Counted from the first letter of the stretch, positions 8,125-17,867 are shown. The stretch is 37,532 bases of DNA from Eubacteriales bacterium (GCA_031550915.1 JAVBOF010000075.1:1-37532), one strand, 5' to 3'. The notes: generated from the letters alone by a model not told the origin. Numbers and translations: made by a program.

Positions 8125-10461
8125 TCAATATTCCCATGTCCTTTCGCCGGGCTTCGTTGTGACCAGCTTATATATCTCACTCTCGGCCGGGAAACGGTTT
8201 TCAAAAGGCACTATGGAATTACCTACCTTTATCAATCCATGCCCCTGAGAAGCGTTTGTCAAGTACGCCTGCTGCGCGGATGATATGTTCATAAGCTCGG
8301 ATATCCGCATCCTGTCCGTGGCGCTTTGGTTATGGAAAATGACAAACTCACTGTTGGCAAACATCAGTTTCGCGGCATCATGCCTAACGATTTCCTCAAT
8401 GTTCTGCGTAATGCCCGTCATAAACGCACCATATTTCCGCACACGCTTCCAAAGGCTCATAAGGTATGTCATGCTGAATTCGTGCTGGAAAAGCAGATGG
8501 CATTCGTCAATATATATCCAAGTGTTTCTGCCTTTCTTTCGGTTAGCTGTGATCCTGCTCCATATGCTGTCCAGAACAACAAGCATTCCTGCGGTCTTTA
8601 GCTGAGAACCTAAATCCTTGGTATCGTATATAACAAATTGCTTGGATGTATTTACATTTGTGGGCTGAGCGAAGGTCGATAGACTGCCGTTTACATAAAG
8701 TTCAATCGACAGGGCAATATCCTTTGCTTCCTGCTCCGGTTGTACAAGCAATTCATTATAGAATTCCTTTAGCGTAGGCTTTGTCTTATCCTTCCTTGCT
8801 TTTTTATATACCCGATCAACGCACCGATCTATTATTGATTTCTGTTTGGCATCAAGCTTCCCCACTCCTACAAGCTGCTCACACAGGGACAAAACGAACT
8901 CGCTTTTAAGCTTTATCGGGTCATCTCCGCCACCATATTCACTATTGATATCCATCGCATTTATATGTGTATCTGAGTTTGCGGAAATACGTATAACCTC
9001 GCCGTCCAGTGCTTTTGCTAGGGGATAATATTCGGCCTCAGGATCAATGCATATTACATCGCCCTTATTTTGAATAAGCAAGGACAGCATTTCAACCTTC
9101 GCGGACACGCTTTTGCCGCTGCCGGATACACCAGTGATGAATCCGTTGCCGTTTTGCAAAGACTTACGGTCACATAGTATAAAGTTCCTCGATACGCTGT
9201 TCACGCCATAGTATAAGCCCTTGCGTTCGAATATCTCCTGCGCTGAAAACGGAAACAGAATCGCCGCGCTTTTGGTCAGCAGCGTACGCATGGTATATGT
9301 CTTTCGGTGTCCGATAGGCAAAACGGTGTCAAGTGCCTGCTTCTGCTGATATTTTAATATATTGAATCTGCATGTGTTTTTGCTGCCTATTGATAGAATA
9401 GCTTCGGTATCATCGTTCAATTCTTCAAGTGTATCGGCGGTATGCACAAGGGTTATATATCCATAAAACATACGCTGGTTGTCGCTGGTGATGGCCTGAT
9501 ATATGTTTTGGGTTTCATGGCGTTGCTGTTCAATCTGCATAGGGGTAATGCCTGTAAAATTGTTTTGCTGGATCTGCTTTTGCTGATGCCGCGCGTTGTT
9601 GGTTTCGATGGATAACATTTTGTTCTCAACATACTTTATGGCTTCGCCTGCGGGCGCGGCTACAATGTCAATGGATAGCATAAGATTTTTCGGATACTCA
9701 CAAAGCGTGGTTATAAAATCATCTTCGATATATGAAGCATAGTCCGAAAGAAAAAGCACCCTTGCGAACCTGTCCCCAAGCAAGATATGGTCAGTCCTGT
9801 ATCCGATATAGTCCGGGCAAATGTAATCTGCAAAATCCTGCCCTTTGCGTTTAGCTTCATCGAAGTCGAATCGAAAATAGTCTTCTTCTCCGGCACGGTA
9901 GAAATCATGCAGTATACGTAGCTTTTCCCTAACATCCAATTCAGTAAGGTTTGAATCCAGCCTTGCAAACTGTGCCCGCAAATCCGTAGATATCCTTGAA
10001 AAGTACATGTTCGCTTCATCAATATTGTCTTTGTTCACGCTAATAGTTACATATTTCTCCTGCGCGATGCTGTTGTTGTTAATAATGGCGTTCTCAGTCA
10101 TTATCCGGTTATATGCACGGCGCAATGGATTAAAGCGGTCATCCTGTTGCTGGAGGAGCATGTTTTTTTCAAACTCAGCTTTGTTAATCTTTCTGTTGTT
10201 TATAGTGATCTTGAATGAGCTTGCGGAATCTAGGGAATTAAGCAAAGCGCAGTATGACATCATCATGCCTTTTTGCTCATCTAGGCCTACCACCCTGTAA
10301 TTGATGTCTGCAAACCTGTATGTTTTGCTGTATCCGTTTCCAATATTAAATGTGCCGTCCCGGTATATTTCCTTAATTGGGATGCACTTCTGTACGCTCT
10401 TTGGTATAGCAAACCGCTCTTTAGTGCCGTTTCTAATAGCCCCGCGGTACGACTTCGTCAT
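8125..10461 (-). CDS. virB4: VirB4-like conjugal transfer ATPase
   Basis: Walker A GVSGSGKS, ICIDPEAEY, Walker B YIDECH, RVRKYGA...ITQN. Confidence 0.95.
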   Translation of the reverse strand: MTKSYRGAIRNGTKERFAIPKSVQKCIPIKEIYRDGTFNIGNGYSKTYRFADINYRVVGLDEQKGMMMSYCALLNSLDSASSFKITINNRKINKAEFEKNMLLQQQDDRFNPLRRAYNRIMTENAIINNNSIAQEKYVTISVNKDNIDEANMYFSRISTDLRAQFARLDSNLTELDVREKLRILHDFYRAGEEDYFRFDFDEAKRKGQDFADYICPDYIGYRTDHILLGDRFARVLFLSDYASYIEDDFITTLCEYPKNLMLSIDIVAAPAGEAIKYVENKMLSIETNNARHQQKQIQQNNFTGITPMQIEQQRHETQNIYQAITSDNQRMFYGYITLVHTADTLEELNDDTEAILSIGSKNTCRFNILKYQQKQALDTVLPIGHRKTYTMRTLLTKSAAILFPFSAQEIFERKGLYYGVNSVSRNFILCDRKSLQNGNGFITGVSGSGKSVSAKVEMLSLLIQNKGDVICIDPEAEYYPLAKALDGEVIRISANSDTHINAMDINSEYGGGDDPIKLKSEFVLSLCEQLVGVGKLDAKQKSIIDRCVDRVYKKARKDKTKPTLKEFYNELLVQPEQEAKDIALSIELYVNGSLSTFAQPTNVNTSKQFVIYDTKDLGSQLKTAGMLVVLDSIWSRITANRKKGRNTWIYIDECHLLFQHEFSMTYLMSLWKRVRKYGAFMTGITQNIEEIVRHDAAKLMFANSEFVIFHNQSATDRMRISELMNISSAQQAYLTNASQGHGLIKVGNSIVPFENRFPAESEIYKLVTTKPGERTWEY

Positions 10462-10829
10462 TTCTTTTTACCTCCGAATATCCTTTTTATATTTACTGCC
10501 TTAGCCTGTTTCTCTATTTCTTCATAGCAATGATTCACGGATTTATATATGAAAACACTTGGCATAATGAACGTACTTGAAAACCAAGCCCAAGCGAATT
10601 GCCATAGATTCATGCCGTTATATTTGAAAAATCCGCTTGCTGCAATGGGCGCGGCAGCGAATACGCAAAGCCAGCTTGCGATTTCTTCTCCAATGGTTAC
10701 TTTGCAAAGGAAATATACACCCACAGCCGTGCCAATGGATAAAACCGCCGCAATGAATTGATGCAAAGTCAAACCGAAAAAGATAGTTTCCTTGTAATCA
10801 TTTATTTCTTTGTTTATATTTTCTTCCAT
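10458..10829 (-). CDS. prgI: PrgI family (VirB3-like) membrane protein
   Basis: INKEINDYKETIFFGLTLHQF signature, two TM helices, GFFKYNGM; directly upstream of virB4. Confidence 0.9.
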   Translation of the reverse strand: MEENINKEINDYKETIFFGLTLHQFIAAVLSIGTAVGVYFLCKVTIGEEIASWLCVFAAAPIAASGFFKYNGMNLWQFAWAWFSSTFIMPSVFIYKSVNHCYEEIEKQAKAVNIKRIFGGKKK

Positions 10830-10861
10830 GATAGATTCCTCCTTTGATTAAAAATGGAAAC

Positions 10862-10883
10862 AAAAAACGCCCCGTTTGGGGCG
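10862..10883 (-). terminator. Intrinsic terminator between the TA module and prgI
   Basis: Minus strand CGCCCC-AAAC-GGGGCG-TTTTTT. Confidence 0.8.
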
Positions 10884-10898
10884 AAGGTTCATTTTCTG

Positions 10899-11234
10899 CT
10901 AACTAATAATCTTTTGCAGTTCCTTTTTTAATTCAGGTATGTCATTGTTTATTGTAAACCATACATCTTCCATTCTTAGCGTTTGATATTTATGTGCGGC
11001 AATATCCCTCATTCCCGCAATGGCTCTCCAATGAATATGATTATGCGAGTTCTTAAATTCTTCGGTCAAACTCTTAACCAGCTCTCCAATATTTATTAAC
11101 GTCATGCTGACAGACCGCATTGCCTTTTCATCTTTTAGAAACATATCTTCAGTATAATCTGCTGATATACTTCTTAAAAAGGTGATTTCAGAGAGTATCT
11201 TCTTCAATATTTGAAAATCCCTGCTACTATCCAT
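10899..11234 (-). CDS. HEPN (DUF86/HepT-like) RNase toxin
   Basis: IGELVK...WRAIAGMRDIAAHKY: Rx4H HEPN motif followed by Tyr; overlaps the MNT gene. Confidence 0.9.
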   Translation of the reverse strand: MDSSRDFQILKKILSEITFLRSISADYTEDMFLKDEKAMRSVSMTLINIGELVKSLTEEFKNSHNHIHWRAIAGMRDIAAHKYQTLRMEDVWFTINNDIPELKKELQKIIS

Positions 11235-11511
11235 AAATGGCTACCGTCCTATCTATCTCCAACATGGCATTATTGGGCATTGGATAGTGGATAATATCCA
11301 CATGATTAGAGAATTCGCTTTCCAAGCGAAGCTTTAGAGCGGATAATTCAAAAAGGGAGATTTGCTCTTGCTCAAACTCAACCAGTAAATCTATATCGCT
11401 TTCTTCTGTAGAACGACCATCAGCATAAGAACCAAAAAGCAACACTTTTTTTATCCCATAATCCGGCGCAACATCTTTTACTTTTGCTTTTATATTATCG
11501 ATATTAAGCAT
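11227..11511 (-). CDS. Minimal nucleotidyltransferase (MNT/MntA-like) antitoxin
   Basis: LFGSYADG...SDIDLLV (GSx10DxD motif). Confidence 0.9.
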   Translation of the reverse strand: MLNIDNIKAKVKDVAPDYGIKKVLLFGSYADGRSTEESDIDLLVEFEQEQISLFELSALKLRLESEFSNHVDIIHYPMPNNAMLEIDRTVAIYG

Positions 11512-11537
11512 GGAATCCCGCTCCTTTCTGTATTAAT

Positions 11538-11567
11538 AGTTTACCATAATAATTCACTCACATGCAA
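11538..11567 (-). promoter_or_regulatory. Putative sigma-A promoter of the MNT-HEPN operon
   Basis: TTGCAT-18 nt-TAAACT with an extended TG. Confidence 0.5.
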
Positions 11568-11574
11568 TTACCTC

Positions 11575-12417
11575 CTATATCCCAAACATGCGTTTGACTA
11601 CGGTATCAGCAGACTTTATCAATCCTACAAGCATGAGCATATTGAAAATTACTTGTGTCATGTATTGGAACACTGAATTAAAAGCGTCCTTCGTCGTAGT
11701 TGGGTCTGTCGGCGTTGAAGCTATGGCGTTGAATACAACAATTGAAACGATTATAATAAGCCCTTCAAGGCAAACTCCGGCATAGGATTTTAGAAACTCT
11801 CTCGCCGTATTGGAAAATCCATCACCGGCTGCCGTTGAAAGCGCGATTGGTGCGATAGCCGTATGCAAAAACAGTCGGAAAAACCGTCCATAGACCGTGT
11901 ATAATATGACGAATGATAGAGCGGTTACGATGATCGTTCCGAATATGGAAATGAGGAACAAAGGAATACTGCCCCAAAAGTCAACGCCGTTTATGGTGTT
12001 TTTCATAGTGTCCGATAGTTCTGCGAACCGCGCCAAGTTATTGCCTCCTACCTTTGCCATGACATTACCAACGAGCCCAGCCCCCGCCGTATATATAGCG
12101 TTCAATATATCCATGCCGTAATCCACGGCGGTTTTGCCTATTATGAATTTCACAAGTAGCCGTATAGCGGTTTCAGGCCGCTTCAGTTCCCGAAAGCTCG
12201 CCACATTTTTGAGTAGGCTTGCAATAAAGAAAAGCACCAGCAGCCCATATGCCGCGCCCTTTAGTCCTGAATTGATCTGCTGCATGATTGACCAAATGGC
12301 ACCGCCCCTGAATTGCTGTGGTGACATGGTTAGAATCTGCCATATCTCTGCAAGCCATTGATTCCAAGTTTCTAAGGCATGGTTAATATTATCGATTATT
12401 CCGTTACCGCTGCCCAT
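11575..12417 (-). CDS. VirB6-like polytopic conjugal transfer membrane protein
   Basis: About 6 TM helices; LTMSPQQFRGGAIW, ELKRPE, VYGRFFRLFLHTAIAPI; located in the T4SS cluster. Confidence 0.85.
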   Translation of the reverse strand: MGSGNGIIDNINHALETWNQWLAEIWQILTMSPQQFRGGAIWSIMQQINSGLKGAAYGLLVLFFIASLLKNVASFRELKRPETAIRLLVKFIIGKTAVDYGMDILNAIYTAGAGLVGNVMAKVGGNNLARFAELSDTMKNTINGVDFWGSIPLFLISIFGTIIVTALSFVILYTVYGRFFRLFLHTAIAPIALSTAAGDGFSNTAREFLKSYAGVCLEGLIIIVSIVVFNAIASTPTDPTTTKDAFNSVFQYMTQVIFNMLMLVGLIKSADTVVKRMFGI

Positions 12418-12436
12418 AAAATACCTCCTTAAAATA

Positions 12437-12470
12437 GAAAAGCCGCTTTGCCTAACTAAAGCGGCTTTTC
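12437..12470 (-). terminator. Intrinsic terminator (possibly bidirectional) between the virB2-like and virB6-like genes
   Basis: GAAAAGCCGCTTT...AAAGCGGCTTTTC inverted repeat. Confidence 0.75.
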
Positions 12471-12483
12471 CTATACATTTCTG

Positions 12484-12777
12484 TTACAGGTTCGCGCCTA
12501 AAAGATTCAATAGCTCCTTTACAAAGAATATAAGGATACCGCCTGCCAAGCCTAAGAATCCCGATACCCTTTGTGACGGGTCATGGCTCTTGAAGCTCAT
12601 ACCGATCTGTACAACGCCCAACATTAAAGCTATAAAGCCAACTGCTCTTACGATTTGAAATACTATGTCTGTTAGTTTGTTCACGCTCTCAAGTGGGCCA
12701 TCCGCATAGGCGATTGTGGGGAACAATAAAAAAGCCGCCAATATAGCGACTGCAAAGATATTTTTTTTGTTTTTCAT
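12484..12777 (-). CDS. VirB2/TrbC/Maff2-like small membrane (pilin-like) protein
   Basis: Signal peptide ending AYA-D, two TM helices around SFKSHDPSQR. Confidence 0.75.
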   Translation of the reverse strand: MKNKKNIFAVAILAAFLLFPTIAYADGPLESVNKLTDIVFQIVRAVGFIALMLGVVQIGMSFKSHDPSQRVSGFLGLAGGILIFFVKELLNLLGANL

Positions 12778-12831
12778 TATTATATAACTCCATTTCTCAA
12801 ATTATCTATTATCCATTTTTAATTATTAATT

Positions 12832-12856
12832 AAAAAAAGCGTCCGTTCCCGAACGC
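12832..12856 (-). terminator. Intrinsic terminator after fic
   Basis: Minus strand GCGTTCG-GGAA-CGGACGC-TTTTTTT. Confidence 0.75.
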
Positions 12857-12872
12857 CCCTTTGTGCATGTTT

Positions 12873-13655
12873 TTAATGGTCTATTCCGTTGCGCTTTTTT
12901 ATTACCTCTTTCGACTGTTCAGCCAAACGGATACGCTCTATTAATGCCTTTTGAACATAATCCCGTACATAATTAAGCATCGGCATTTCATCTTCGTCGT
13001 TACCCTGGTATGCATGGAATCCGTAATAGTAACGTTGCTTATCCTCCACTTTTATATCTATCGGGGGATAACCATTTTGCATAAGCTCATAGTTCATAAG
13101 CAATCGGCCTGTGCGACCGTTTCCGTCAATAAATGGATGTATACTTTCGAATTCCAAATGAAACAGTGCAACGGCATCAACCAAATGCATCTTTTCTTTT
13201 ATTGCTGGATATTCCAAAATGAGCTTTTTTATTCTGCCCGGCACCGCTTCTGGAGACGGAAGAACAGCATCCGTACCGCCGATATATACACCAACAGTCC
13301 GGTATTGCCCCGCATCCTCTGGTTTGTTCATTAAAACCCGTTTATGGATTTCTAAAATGATATTTTCGTCAATAGTCTTATCGCTTGCTGATTGCTCTAA
13401 AACATAATTAAAGGCTTTCCCGTGACCGATAGCATCGTTCTGATATGCTTGAGGTTTGCCTCCAATGGATATTCCATCCTTGAGTAACATATATGTTTCC
13501 TGCTTCGTCAGTGTGCTGCCCTCAATAGCGTTAGAATTGTATGTATACTCAATGCGGAAATCATCATATATCCGTTCAAGTGTTCCTTGCGAAAGCGGCG
13601 GTAATGATTCTAGTTTTTCAAGCAGTATATCAATTTGGATCAGAATATCGCTCAT
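12873..13655 (-). CDS. Fic family AMPylase, class II (N-terminal inhibitory helix)
   Basis: Canonical HPFIDGNGRTGR; inhibitory motif SNAIEG. Confidence 0.93.
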   Translation of the reverse strand: MSDILIQIDILLEKLESLPPLSQGTLERIYDDFRIEYTYNSNAIEGSTLTKQETYMLLKDGISIGGKPQAYQNDAIGHGKAFNYVLEQSASDKTIDENIILEIHKRVLMNKPEDAGQYRTVGVYIGGTDAVLPSPEAVPGRIKKLILEYPAIKEKMHLVDAVALFHLEFESIHPFIDGNGRTGRLLMNYELMQNGYPPIDIKVEDKQRYYYGFHAYQGNDEDEMPMLNYVRDYVQKALIERIRLAEQSKEVIKKRNGIDH

Positions 13656-13681
13656 ATTAACTCCCTCCGGTCTTAAATTAT

Positions 13682-13710
13682 ATTATATATCCCAAAATCA
13701 ACTATGTCAC
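13682..13710 (-). promoter_or_regulatory. Putative sigma-A promoter of fic, overlapping the virD4 stop
   Basis: GTGACA-17 nt-TATAAT. Confidence 0.55.
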
Positions 13711-15392
13711 CTTTTATCCCCCTTTGTATGTTGATATGGCTTTGCTCCGCCATCGGTGATGAGTTTTATGTTCCTGTGCTTCAAAAGATTGAATTTGCTG
13801 TCCTTAATCGGCCTGAATCCTTTTACCAAAGCAATGGCATATTCGTTCCCCATGCGCCGCAGTTCATCGGGAAGCATTAATTCACGCCCCAACAGGTTTT
13901 GATGCTTTGTTACCGATCCCCGCGCACCAGTTGTGATATTTATCGTCCGGGCTGATATGGTTTCCTTGCCAAGCTGCTCAGAAAAGTATTTTAGGGAAAA
14001 TGGCTCAGAACCGCCAAGATACAAAATGCTGTCGCAACACCCTATGATGCTTTCCCAAGTGTTCATATTCTTATAGATATCCTTTAGCTGGGAAAGGTTT
14101 TGCAATATGATACTTGCTGAGATTTCCCTTGACCGCATAGTGCTTATGACTGAATCAAAGTTTTCAGGTATGGCAATATTGGCGAACTCATCAAAAATCA
14201 TCCTGACATGCACGGGCAATCTACCGCTAAATACATGATCTGCCTGATAATACAATTCGCTGATGATCTGCGTGTACAAGAGTCCCACTATGAAATTAAA
14301 AGCCTTATTGTTGTCCGGCACTACCGCAAACAGTGCGGTTTTTTCTCTGCCAAGGGACGCAATGTCCATTTCATCGAATGTTGTGATATTCCGTACTTTC
14401 TCTATGGAGAACACTGATAGCCGAACGGCAACGCTTATCAATATGCTTTTTGCAGTTTTGCCCGCCGCCAACTTAAAGCTCTTGTACTGTTTTACCGCAA
14501 TATGTTCCGGCTTATCCTGCTCCAGAGACAAATACAACATATCGAGAGGAGAGATAAAATCATCATCGTCTTCGCGCACATCTGCATAACCCAGCATGGT
14601 CATAATAAATCCGAAATTTTGTTCATAGGTGGGAGCTTCATAATACAGCATAAACATCAACGCCTGTAATAAGAGGGTTTCGGCCTTCGTCCAAAAGGGA
14701 TCGTTTTCCTGTGCTGTCTTTTGTGTAGTATTACGGATAAGGTTATCAATCAGCAATATAACGTCCGTTTCTTCCCGTATATATTGAAACGGATTGTATC
14801 CATCGGATTTTTCAAGGTCTATAAGGTTCAAAACCTTTATCTTATAGCCTTTCGCCTTGAGCATATTGCCTGTGCTTCTCAAAAGCTCTGATTTTGGGTC
14901 GGTGACTACGAAGCTGGTATTGGTATCGCATTGCATGATGTTGGGTTTGCAGTAATAGCGGGTCTTACCGCTACCACTGCCGCCGACAATTAAAACATTC
15001 AAATTAAGCTTATGCATCCATGTGTTCATGCCCATGCAAAGGTTTTGAGTAAGGATAATATTATTCTCTTTTCGCTTATCCTTTAGCTTGACGCATACCG
15101 CAAAAGCATTGCCCCATTTCGCGCTGCCGTGTTCCTCTCCGTTACGCATATTCTGCTTAGTTCCATAGTAAATAAGAAAGCAAGAAGCATAAATAACGGT
15201 AAATCCGATAATGAAAGGCAAGGTGTGGTCTGTGAAGCGAATCGTAAACGGGGCGGCTATTGCTTTTGATAGTTCATCAGCAATTTGAAATACTGTATAC
15301 CCCTTAACATAACTTTGGGCAGTCAAAACTGCCGCCCAAAGTACGAAGGGATAACCGATCATAATGCCAAAAAGCCTGTTGCCGTTTTTCAT
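13707..15392 (-). CDS. virD4: VirD4/TraG type IV coupling protein
   Basis: Two N-terminal TMs, EHGSAKW, GGSGSGKT, VTDPKSE, FDEFANI, MRSREIS..IILQNLSQ. Confidence 0.95.
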   Translation of the reverse strand: MKNGNRLFGIMIGYPFVLWAAVLTAQSYVKGYTVFQIADELSKAIAAPFTIRFTDHTLPFIIGFTVIYASCFLIYYGTKQNMRNGEEHGSAKWGNAFAVCVKLKDKRKENNIILTQNLCMGMNTWMHKLNLNVLIVGGSGSGKTRYYCKPNIMQCDTNTSFVVTDPKSELLRSTGNMLKAKGYKIKVLNLIDLEKSDGYNPFQYIREETDVILLIDNLIRNTTQKTAQENDPFWTKAETLLLQALMFMLYYEAPTYEQNFGFIMTMLGYADVREDDDDFISPLDMLYLSLEQDKPEHIAVKQYKSFKLAAGKTAKSILISVAVRLSVFSIEKVRNITTFDEMDIASLGREKTALFAVVPDNNKAFNFIVGLLYTQIISELYYQADHVFSGRLPVHVRMIFDEFANIAIPENFDSVISTMRSREISASIILQNLSQLKDIYKNMNTWESIIGCCDSILYLGGSEPFSLKYFSEQLGKETISARTINITTGARGSVTKHQNLLGRELMLPDELRRMGNEYAIALVKGFRPIKDSKFNLLKHRNIKLITDGGAKPYQHTKGDKR

Positions 15393-15607
15393 CGTCCAAC
15401 ACCTTTTTGTTTATTTGACTTTGCCTTGCATTTAGCTTTATTAAACCGCTCCTGCGCTGGTGTGAGTTTTTCCTTTGCCTTCTGTGCCTTATATCTTTCC
15501 AGCTTTTTGCCGATAGATTCACGCTCTTTTGGTTTATCCTTATCAGTTGAATCTTTTTGCATATTCAAGCTTAGCTCGGATGGATTTTCGTTCCGGTTCT
15601 GGCTCAC
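15389..15607 (-). CDS. Small basic ORF, probably the frameshifted C-terminal part of PcfB
   Basis: GTG start overlaps the pcfB stop (GTGA) right after an A8 run; no SD of its own; RESIGKKLERYK...KQKGVGR resembles PcfB-type tails. Confidence 0.65.
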   Translation of the reverse strand: MSQNRNENPSELSLNMQKDSTDKDKPKERESIGKKLERYKAQKAKEKLTPAQERFNKAKCKAKSNKQKGVGR

Positions 15608-16014
15608 TTTTTTTTATCGTTTTCATCGTCTGGCGTTATCTGGCCGTACCCGATTTTTTCAAACGCCATATTGATTCTCTTTGTATCTTCATCTCTCATT
15701 ATGACATTCAATAGGCTTTTATCATTTTCGTCCGGCTCGCTATGGTAGGGAATACTCAACCTTTGGGCTGCTTTTTCGAACTGCTTAAATTCCGGCTTTG
15801 TCATGGAAAACGCCGTAAAATCCTTGCCGTTGGTTAGAAGGTCAAAAGGTGTTTCTCCTGTCAAGGCTCCGTTTTTAGCTGCCATCATCTTGCTTTGCTT
15901 AATAAAGAAGGCGAGCATCACAAGCCCTTTTATCCCGCCACCTACAGCCTTTATGCCCGTTTCTCCTAATCTTAGGTACATATTAAATACTTGGTCTGCC
16001 GCGTCCTGGCTCAT
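15604..16014 (-). CDS. pcfB: PcfB family (DUF3801-like) conjugation protein
   Basis: Between relaxase and virD4; GETPFDLLT...FKQFEKAAQRLSIPY pattern; start placed at MSQD after AAGGAG. Confidence 0.7.
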   Translation of the reverse strand: MSQDAADQVFNMYLRLGETGIKAVGGGIKGLVMLAFFIKQSKMMAAKNGALTGETPFDLLTNGKDFTAFSMTKPEFKQFEKAAQRLSIPYHSEPDENDKSLLNVIMRDEDTKRINMAFEKIGYGQITPDDENDKKK

Positions 16015-17392
16015 CTTTACCATCTCCTTTTTTAAGTTCATTAAGTTTTGTTTTTATGTCCTCGCTGCTTTTCTCTACCTGTTCACACATTTTCAATTCA
16101 GCTTTACAAGCGTGTATTGCTTCCCATGATTTTGTAATGTTCTCATACATTTCGACTTTAATGCTATACAGCTCTTTAAGCGCTAGGTCATCTCCATAGC
16201 CCGCCTTTGCCAATTCCTCCTTTGCTTTTATATAGGCATCGTGCTCCTCCTTCATTTCGTAATATCCCTCTATATACATTTCATGTGGGCCTTCGAGAGC
16301 GGAAAGCAAAGTAATGTTGTTGAAATGCTTTGTAAGCGGCTTTTTTGCCTCGTAAAAGGCATCCTTTCCGGCAATCAAATTATCCAGCTTATCCCGCACT
16401 GATTTTGCGTAAGCATCCAGATCGCTTTTATTAAGGATTTTGTTTTTATGCAAAAATTTGTATTGCTCTTTATATTTGGTCATCTTTAATAATTCCTCTC
16501 TCATTGGAAAAACCGCCTTTTTCGGCGGCTTCTTTTTTACAAGGTTCAATATGTGCAAGTAGTAATAGTATTGTGCCATCCAACCATACAGCTTTAAGGC
16601 GGGGCGTGTGGCGTATTGCATTCTTCTCTTTGGTTTCTTTGCTATGGGTGGCACAATGAGCGGCTTGCCATCAATCCTTGCCCGAATGCCTTCCTCGCTG
16701 TATTCGCTGCCGATTTTATACCCACGGGCAAAACGCTCCTTTCCCTTTGGCCTAAATGCAATGTGTTTACCATGCTTTATCTCATATCCCTTATGTTCCA
16801 TTATTACAATGAAGTTCCCGAAACTGTATGCTTTGTCAATTGCATCGTCCAAGTCCTGCCGTATCATACTGCGCCAAGTGGTAGTGCCGCTTTTATCGTC
16901 CAGCCATGTTTTATAGTGCATGGATTTACCGCCATATTCAATAATGACCGACAAGCCATGCGCCTTGCATATGCGGTCACTTATTCCACGGATGTTTTGG
17001 TAATATTCCTGCTTGGAACAATGGAACTTTCTGCCGTCAACAAAGGAAACGGAGTTGATCAGCAGATGATTGTGTACATGATTTTTGTCGGTATGGGTAG
17101 CGTAGACTACCTCGTATCCGCTCAAATATTCCTCTATGTACTCTTTGGCAATCTGGTGCGCCAACTCCGGCGACAATTCCCCCGGTATAAAGCTCTGTAT
17201 GATGTGATAGCCCAATCTGCCGCCTGTTTTGCCATACTTCTCCTTTGTGGCGTTCATTTGTTCTAATTCCGCGCCCATCAAGCAGTTGTGCGCTCCGCAT
17301 AAAATTCCCTCCTGAGTCTTATCGCCGTTCTTGATGTAATTGATTGCTTTAGAAAGGCTATGGTTGATGGCAATAATCTTCGTACAAGCCAT
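15983..17392 (-). CDS. Relaxase/mobilisation nuclease (MOBP type)
   Basis: AINYIKNGDKT (catalytic Tyr), GYHIIQSFIPGE, ATHTDKNHVHNHLLINSV (3H motif). Confidence 0.95.
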   Translation of the reverse strand: MACTKIIAINHSLSKAINYIKNGDKTQEGILCGAHNCLMGAELEQMNATKEKYGKTGGRLGYHIIQSFIPGELSPELAHQIAKEYIEEYLSGYEVVYATHTDKNHVHNHLLINSVSFVDGRKFHCSKQEYYQNIRGISDRICKAHGLSVIIEYGGKSMHYKTWLDDKSGTTTWRSMIRQDLDDAIDKAYSFGNFIVIMEHKGYEIKHGKHIAFRPKGKERFARGYKIGSEYSEEGIRARIDGKPLIVPPIAKKPKRRMQYATRPALKLYGWMAQYYYYLHILNLVKKKPPKKAVFPMREELLKMTKYKEQYKFLHKNKILNKSDLDAYAKSVRDKLDNLIAGKDAFYEAKKPLTKHFNNITLLSALEGPHEMYIEGYYEMKEEHDAYIKAKEELAKAGYGDDLALKELYSIKVEMYENITKSWEAIHACKAELKMCEQVEKSSEDIKTKLNELKKGDGKDEPGRGRPSI

Positions 17393-17393
17393 A

Positions 17394-17705
17394 CTACGGT
17401 TCAGCTCCTTTCAGTACAGCGATAACCTTCCGCATAAGTTCCTGAACAATCCGTATCTCTTTGCCCGTTACAATGCCCGTACTATTTGCTTTCGCCGCGA
17501 TCTGATTGATAAGCCCACCAATTTTATTGACGCTGTTTATCATCTCCCTTGTGCATGTATCCTCTTGGATGGTGATTTGCTTTTCGTTTACCAACCGAAG
17601 TACGTATTGATTGAATGGAATTCTGAGCATTTCGGATTGGTGTTTTAGGTCTGAGTATTCGGATTCAGTCACCCATATTTTGAGTTGTTTTGTACGTTGG
17701 CGCAT
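17394..17705 (-). CDS. mobC: MobC relaxosome accessory protein
   Basis: RHH-like N-terminus and NKIGGLINQIAAKAN motif; directly upstream of the relaxase. Confidence 0.88.
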   Translation of the reverse strand: MRQRTKQLKIWVTESEYSDLKHQSEMLRIPFNQYVLRLVNEKQITIQEDTCTREMINSVNKIGGLINQIAAKANSTGIVTGKEIRIVQELMRKVIAVLKGAEP

Positions 17706-17741
17706 GTATAAGCGCCCTCCTTTCGATGTGAAAATGGATGC

Positions 17742-17771
17742 AAAAAAACCTCATCCAGCAGGATGAGGTTT
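17742..17771 (-). terminator. Intrinsic terminator between the kinase and mobC
   Basis: Minus strand AAACCTCATCC-TGCT-GGATGAGG-TTTTTTT. Confidence 0.8.
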
Positions 17772-17867
17772 GATTTGTGATTAGGCTAGTTTTTTATTAA
17801 GTGATATAATAAGGATAATGCTGTGTAGATATCTAGCTGAAGTTCACTCTTATGCTCCAAACTTTAA

